A stretch of 57,206 bases of DNA, counting the filler, from Dugesia japonica (taxonomy: Eukaryota), in the NCBI GenBank assembly GCA_001938525.1. It is 4 parts of 4 records of this genome, joined end to end, with 100 filler letters (N's around TTAATTAATTAA, not from the genome) between each part and the next. Parts side by side here need not be neighbours in the genome. Positions count along the whole stretch, not along the records: positions 47,769 to 57,206 come from MQRL01147409.1; 3 more parts are not named here. One strand, given 5' to 3'. This document shows, piece after piece, positions 50,920 through 57,206 of the stretch. How positions within the stretch are numbered: the first letter of the stretch is position 1; each line of letters opens with the position of its first letter. A program made the translations under genes and the position numbers. The notes under the pieces were generated by a model that saw only the letters and a program-made list of their open reading frames with translations, searched no databases and had not been told where the DNA came from.

Positions 50920-51800
50920 AAATGGGTCTCTACGACCCCTTATCGTTATTATAATAACGGTAATTATCGTTTAATTAAATTAACGATTATTAATATTTTA
51001 TCAATTAATCTGGCTCAGTCCCCAAAATCGAACGATAATTCTAGTTTTCCAAACGATGATTCAGTTGAAAAAACAGACAGTAAGAGCAAGGACATTCTCC
51101 TGATGACACGAATTTGGTTTTCCAAATTCAGTGTCAATCATATTTGCATACAAACCAGCCAAACATTCTGAACGAGAGGAGAAAATAATCAATCAATGGG
51201 AGAACGAAAATCAGAAATGTAGGCCAACGATTGGTCGAGCAACGAGGGCTTGCTAATCTCATAATCATGCAGGAATAAAATAGAATAATCCGAAGAAAAA
51301 TTACCACAATTTTAAAACATTTTTGTAAAATCAATTTTCATTAATTCTAGAAACAATTTTTGTTACTAAATACTATTATCATTTGATTTTATTTGTTGAG
51401 CGTAAAACATTCATCAGTATTTGTAATTTCGAAAGGGGTAAATCTTGGAAGGAGATTTGGAGAACAAGTAACGGTAATCATAATATTTATTTGTGAAATC
51501 TGATATAACCTTTTAACGAATGACATTCCCAACGTTGGTTTCTTTCGTGGTTGGCCGAGCTCCAGAGAAATCACTGCTACCAGATCTCATGCAGATTATT
51601 GTGGGCACCTGCGAAACAAATGCTGATGCTGAACATATATGGAAGATTAGTGAGAGTTGAAATTGGCGAAATCGACAGTTGAAATTAGCCAGTGGAGAAA
51701 TTGAATACACAATTATTTTATGTATTGATGAGAAACGATGTTCAAAATGAACCAGAGGAAGTTAAGTACTGAAATCTGTTACGAGGGCGGAATGAATTAG
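50920..51800 (+). mobile_element. Possible decayed piggyBac transposase
   Basis: Fragments GLLI..HAGIK and HNIYL..LLTNDIPNVGFFR. Subterminal GGGTCTCTACGACCC, and an AGGG-TTAA end at 50817-50823. Confidence 0.3.
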
Positions 51801-52476
51801 TACGGAAACTTCGAGGGCTTGGTCAGACGCGGAAGGAACAGATTATACTTACGGTTGCTTTGGTTGTTATTATTTTGGGAGTTGGATTATTTTATTTTAT
51901 TTTTCATTTTTTTACGTTAAATAAGTTATTGCTAACAAATTTTTTTTATATTACATTAACGATAACAAGGTTCTTATAATGCTTTAAAGTTTTATTTTTT
52001 GTAATGTAAGAGAAATATTAATAACAAATTATTTTTTTATGTTTTAATCGATTTGGTAAAATGAGTAAAATATTGATAGAATTTTCGAATACTGTAAGAA
52101 ATATTTACAAAAATTTTTTTTAATGTTTTATTTGATAACATGAGTAAAATATCGATAGAATTTTCGAATACTGTAACGTTATTTCATTTTGATAGCGTAA
52201 ATAAAGTAATAATACAAATTTCATATTAAAATCTTTATTATAAATTTTATCATAAAGAAATATTTTTTTTGTTTGAGCTTTTCGATACCACGAACGAAGA
52301 AAGATGTTTGCTTTAAGTGAACATCTTCCCTGATTCGTGCTATGAAGCGGAGAAATCAAAACAATGGGCCGTAGGCTGAAAAATCGTAACAAAATTAATC
52401 ATTTTTATTTTATCAAACTTCTCATATTTTAATTTATAACCACTGTTTATTTCGAATTTCTTAGATGTTAAAACAA

Positions 52477-53985
52477 ATGAGAACGCTCAAAAGACCTCGT
52501 TACATCTGGCCTTACATTGATGACGTGAGGTGATATTACATTGAGTTGTCAGAAGTACAGACGATGTTAGAGAATGAGGCAAAAGTTTACCGCGACGAGG
52601 TTAGGAATTTGGAAGCCGACAACGAAACTGTTCGTCTCAAATTGGCAGTAAAAACTTCTCGGGTTAGATCTCACAAATGCTAGATAGAAAGGACACGAGA
52701 GTCCTTTATGTCGCAAATAAAACTGCTCAAAGAGGAGCTATCCGACAAACCAATAAAAGTAACAGGCATACAATCTCTCTCCAACACTACCGAGGGGATG
52801 AAGAAGTAGAAGAGTGGGCAATTGTCCGGGATTGGATGAGCCTGAGCGGTTCCGTCCGGTATTGATATATTTTTTAAATAAAATAATTGTGGTCTAATTC
52901 TTGGATTTGAAAATTTTTAGTTATTTTGTTGATTTTCTTCAAATTAAAGAGTGTGATATATATGTCACGGTTTAGAGTGAATTAACTGCAGAGGCAGTAG
53001 TGAAATGACATTAGTTATTCACGATTTTTCATTTGGGTTTTATTGTTGCTTCAGGATAAAAAGAAAATCAGGAGAATTTTGTAGTAATGTTAATTGGGTG
53101 ATATGATTGTGTGATGGACAAATAAGAGCGAGATAAAATGTTAATTGTTACATTTAAGAGTTTGTAAAATGCTAGTTATTATACTTAATAATTTGATCGA
53201 TTTAAAAAATTAAATATATATTTTTGTTTGCATATGTCATTTGCTTGAGGTGTCAAATTTGAATCTCTCTGATAATTTTGTGAATCAATGACCAGGCAGT
53301 AAAATATCAACGAAGAAGGTAATTACAATGCAAAAGAAATAGAAAGAGGAGCGCGGAGAGCTCCAGAATGAGGTGTTGCAATTGCAGGGTCAGGCAACGA
53401 AACAAAGAGCTAAATTTCAGCAGTGGAAGCAGAAAGAGTTGGCTTTACAGCAGGCAAACCGCTTGATGGCCGATGTGATAAAAATATATGCAAATCGGGA
53501 ATCCACAATGTTCGCAACACTCAGAAAGTTGTGGCTTAGCTATCGAACAACAGATAAAAATTCGGATGGCTAAAACAATACCGTGGATCTCGATGCATGA
53601 ATTAAGCATTAAAATTAAACATTAAAACAAAAAATATGAAGTCTGTGCGGGAAACTTAAGTATTAAATTTGCGTTGGAAATTAAATATTTCATTTTTACG
53701 GGGAATTTACATATTAAGTCTGCTTGGGTTATAGTTGCTATGGAAATAACATTGACCGACTTTCATTTAATCATGACCTACATTCATTCGACCTAGAAAT
53801 ATTAAAACCAATCATAATTGAGAATACTGAGCCATTTTGACCTTGAAATGGCTCAGCCAATCAGAATCAAATATAATGAGCCACTTTGGCTTTGAAAAGA
53901 AAATTTCAACCAATCAGATTAGAGTAATCGGGCCATTTTGATCTTGACGGCGGGGGTTAACCTAGTGCGCTAGGATCTACCTACT
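52477..53985 (+). mobile_element. Putative Polinton right arm: small coiled-coil pseudo-ORFs (52477-52865, 53330-53573), repeated CCAATCA boxes and terminus
   Basis: Three CCAATCA...GCCA(T/C)TTTG units at 53805-53945, then GGCGGGGG and ATCTACCTACT. Adjacent to Polinton core gene fragments. Confidence 0.5.
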
Positions 53986-54023
53986 TGTATTAAATTATAT
54001 ATGTATATAAAATAGAGTTGTGA

Positions 54024-54143
54024 AATGATGCTGTTTATCAAATTGTAGGTCCAAACAGAAGCGGAAAAATATTGTTCGATTCCAAGTTACTTAAATCAAA
54101 TTTATTTAAATCAAAATTTAAAAAAATTTATTGACACAGAGGT
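54024..54143 (+). pseudogene. Polinton packaging ATPase N-terminal fragment
   Basis: VYQIVGPNRSGKILFDSKLLKSNLFKSKFKKIY*HRG, a decayed Walker A in A32-like context, just upstream of pPolB. Confidence 0.65.
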
Positions 54144-54420
54144 AAACTTATTAATTATTAGTTAAGATTCCGTGTGCTATCTCAAACAATCACACCAACA
54201 TCATTTTTTTTTGGTTGTGAAAGACTTAATTTGATAAGTGTTGTAAATATGTTGTGTACTTTTATGTGTTGTTTTTTTTAATGTTATATAATAAATCTTA
54301 TTTAGTCAAAGTGTTTTTTATTTTAAGCATATGGTTTTAATTTAATCTTCTAATAAAAAAAATATCTTTTTTAAATTGCCTTCTTGAATTGTTGGTAATA
54401 TTTTTAATTCGGATACAATT

Positions 54421-55295
54421 TTAAATTTTCAGTTGAGTGTACAAATGACAAAGGTAAATAGAAGTGTAAAGTTCAGCCAGGCATCTATTATCCAAACAAT
54501 ATATAGATGTGAACATTAAATTAAGATCAGTGTAAATCAAAGTTGGAGAAGAACTATTATAAGCTTTTAAATAGTAGCCTGTATGGTAAAACAGTTGAGA
54601 ATTTAAAGAAAACATTGAATCTGTGCTTGTGTAATTCAACTGAAAAAATGATGACATATACGTCAAAAGCTGGATTTCGAAAAACATCAAAAATAGATGA
54701 TGATCTTATAGCTGTTTGGTTGAACAAAGAGATTATCTGTTTAAATATGCCGGGATACATAGGACAGTTTGTATTGGACCTCTCAAAGTTAAGAATGTAC
54801 CAATTACAGTAAATTCAGTTGGAAAAGTACAGAAAAGAAGAAACATGTGAGATAAATATTGTAGCCGGTGATACGGATAGAACATAAAATTGGAAAAACT
54901 AACCAGATTAATGGTGAAAGACCAGCTATTGGACACATCCAATTACATCACAAGCCATCCTCTTTACAGCAACAATTTTAATTCAGTAATTGGAAAGTTT
55001 AAGGATGAGAGTAAAGGGGAGAAATATTAAAAATGGATATTTTTGAGACCAAAGTGTTATAGCCTATAATGAAGACTAAGGGCATAACATTGAAAGGTAC
55101 TGAAATTTGTCATTAGTCATACCTTGACTGTTATAATAATAATGAAACGGTCTCAGTATAGAAATTTCGAAAAACATCGAAAAATCATCAGCTTTACAGT
55201 GTCAAAAGTAAGAAAGTAGCTCTGTCTAATAAGGATGATAAGCAAGTATGGACAGGGAAAAATTTAAGCTATTCCTACGGGCATTATTTATTATA
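54421..55295 (+). pseudogene. Polinton/Maverick protein-primed DNA polymerase B, C-terminal part
   Basis: EKNYYKLLNSSLYGKTVEN (motif B), YIGQFVLDLSKLRMY, GDTD (motif C), LDTSNY..HPLY, IGKFKDE, FLRPKCYS, YGHY. Stops and deletions present. Confidence 0.93.
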
Positions 55296-56254
55296 ATACT
55301 TTTTCTCAATTAAGATTAATCCAACTCAATCAAGATCAATCCAATATACTTCAAGGTATAACTTTATTTTATTTTAGATAATATTTAAAACTTTTATAAT
55401 TAGAAAAAAGATGGAAAATGTATATATGTGAATGTGTATCGATCCTCTTTAGGACCACAAATATTGATTTAGAGTATATTAGTCCTCATTAGGGTTTAAA
55501 GTTATAAGTTTGATAAAGAAACTGAAACAAAGAAAATTCAATACAGATGCAAGTCATCAAAAATTATAAGTGCAACTCGAATGCAAGTTAAAAAAAGACA
55601 ATGCAACATGAAAGCAAGTATACAAAGAGCATGAGTAATTGAGGTGCGCATAAAGAATGCAAGTTAAACAAAGAAAATGCAATGGAGTTTCAACAAAATC
55701 AACATATTTTATTTTATCAACAATGAATTTAGATAAAGTTATAGATGATATGATTAAATATATTGATATAAATTATTCCAATGAAATTCAACAAAATGTT
55801 GTAAAAATGAATGAAGAGGAGAAGAAAACATTTGTTGAAGTTATAAGTAAGATATTTTTATTAATGTATTATTTAAATAATGAATAACTTAGAAAATATG
55901 GAAATGATAGTCGATTTACAAACAGTCGAAGCTGTACCAATGGTCGAAGAAGAAATACTGATAATTAAAGGTGCAGATCTTTTAGAAAAATCAACATATA
56001 TATTTGATAAAGGTTTCATTTAATTTAAATAAAATGATATTAATTATTTTTAGAGTTGTTCATTGAATTACTTAAAACTATGTATCCAAAACTAAGAGAA
56101 GAAATACTATACTGCGCACCAGAATTTTTATGGTTTAAAATTAAACAGATTACTGGAATATTATGAAATAATCACAAAATCTGATTAATTAATATTATTT
56201 GTTTTATCGAATAAAAGCTTTTTTGTATGAATTTGTTTTTATTTTTTATGTTTG

Positions 56255-56545
56255 ATTAATCACTATGCACTAAAGGAACATGGACTGGAACCGTTACGGT
56301 TTGTTTCTTTACCAGGATTGAGCTGGGCAAGTTGTCTCAAGACAATGGACAGACCTTTAGAATTGCTCCAGTACCCAGATATGCACCGGTTGTTAGAGTC
56401 GGGAATTCGTGGAGGTATAACCTTTGTAAATAGACATTTCGTTCAGGCAGATGATAAAACAACATTGCTTTACATAGATGTAAATAACTCATATGGTTGG
56501 GCTTAAACACAGCCTTTACCATATAAAGATTTATAATTTGTAGAT
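56255..56545 (+). pseudogene. Polinton pPolB fragment (region up to motif A)
   Basis: HGLEPLRFVSLPGLSWASCLK...LELLQYPDMHRLLESGIRGG...LLYIDVNNSYGWA*TQPLPY. Confidence 0.92.
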
Positions 56546-56649
56546 GATATAGAAGAAACATACTAAAATATACTGATTGGTGAAAAATGATAATCTAAAA
56601 AATTGTAAATAATGAGGCTCGCGACTTATTTAATTGATTTTATTATTGT

Positions 56650-57124
56650 GGTGTGAAAATTCAAGTCAATGATAAGAAAATCCATGGTTTATTCAAATTT
56701 TAAAATAAAGTGTGAAAGTACATACCCTAAAAAATAACAATTAAAAAATAGAAAGGTATGAAAATTCACAACCCATAAAAAAATTATTTTAATACTAATA
56801 ACATCCACACCAATTAGAAAAAATAAAAATAATTTTATTATATATTTTTAAGGCTAAAAAAGAATTGACGCGAAAGGTGTAAACATCGCATCTATAAAGA
56901 AATTTATAATAATAATATTGACAATCACAAATTGTTAATTCTTTTAAGGTGTGAAAATTGATACCTATAAAAACAATTAAATAATATTCTTTTTTTTATA
57001 TATAATATAATGCATGAAATTTTTTTTTAGGTGTGAAAATTCACATCTGTTGTTGATTATTAGGAGCACATTATAAATTTCACACCTATTATGAAGTGTG
57101 AAAGTTCACGCCAGAGGTGTGAAT
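56650..57124. repeat. Cluster of about 9 AGGTGTGAAAATTCACACCT-like imperfect palindromes and half-sites
   Basis: Copies near 56650, 56709, 56754, 56875, 56947, 57029, 57078, 57094 and 57115, with irregular AT-rich spacers. Confidence 0.75.
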
Positions 57125-57151
57125 GCTAATGTAGTTCATTTATCGCTATTA

Positions 57152-57206
57152 TTAACCCTTCGACTGTTGGCGCTTTAATTTCAATTTTTCTCATGATATT
57201 CTGATA
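57152..57206 (+). mobile_element. Possible piggyBac terminus
   Basis: TTAA followed by CCCTTCGACTGTTGGCGC. Confidence 0.4.

Noticed and set aside
51098-51136. CTGATGA followed by a strong hairpin (possible hammerhead)
   Set aside because: No GAAA after the stem and no stem I/III. Only a hairpin can be supported.

Overview
Very AT-rich, gap-riddled animal genomic DNA. The decayed 18S fragment, short GT-AG introns, TRAF-like gene and (ATT)n/(ATTA)n repeats suggest a planarian flatworm (inference). The window is not one contiguous locus: three identical 100-bp artificial spacers (N44-TTAATTAATTAA-N44 at 12546, 35741, 47669) join four segments. Host genes: six exons of a mitochondrial 2-oxoglutarate/malate carrier (SLC25A11-like, cut off before its last third), a TRAF-type RING ORF, and two partial spliced genes of unknown product. 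Most of the rest is transposon debris: mariner/Tc1, hAT elements and MITEs (several with TSDs), MULE, Gypsy (including a nested 2.1-kb gag-protease-only LTR element with both LTRs and a perfect TSD), Polinton/Maverick remnants (pPolB, packaging ATPase, shared AGTAGATAGAT-type termini) and minisatellite arrays. Most notable: a dispersed short repeat carrying minimal type I hammerhead ribozymes (Penelope/retrozyme-like), the gag-protease-only LTR element, an 18S rRNA fragment lying between two pieces of a MULE transposase, and repeat-rich putative Polinton arms. All translations and alignments were done by eye; no searches were run.
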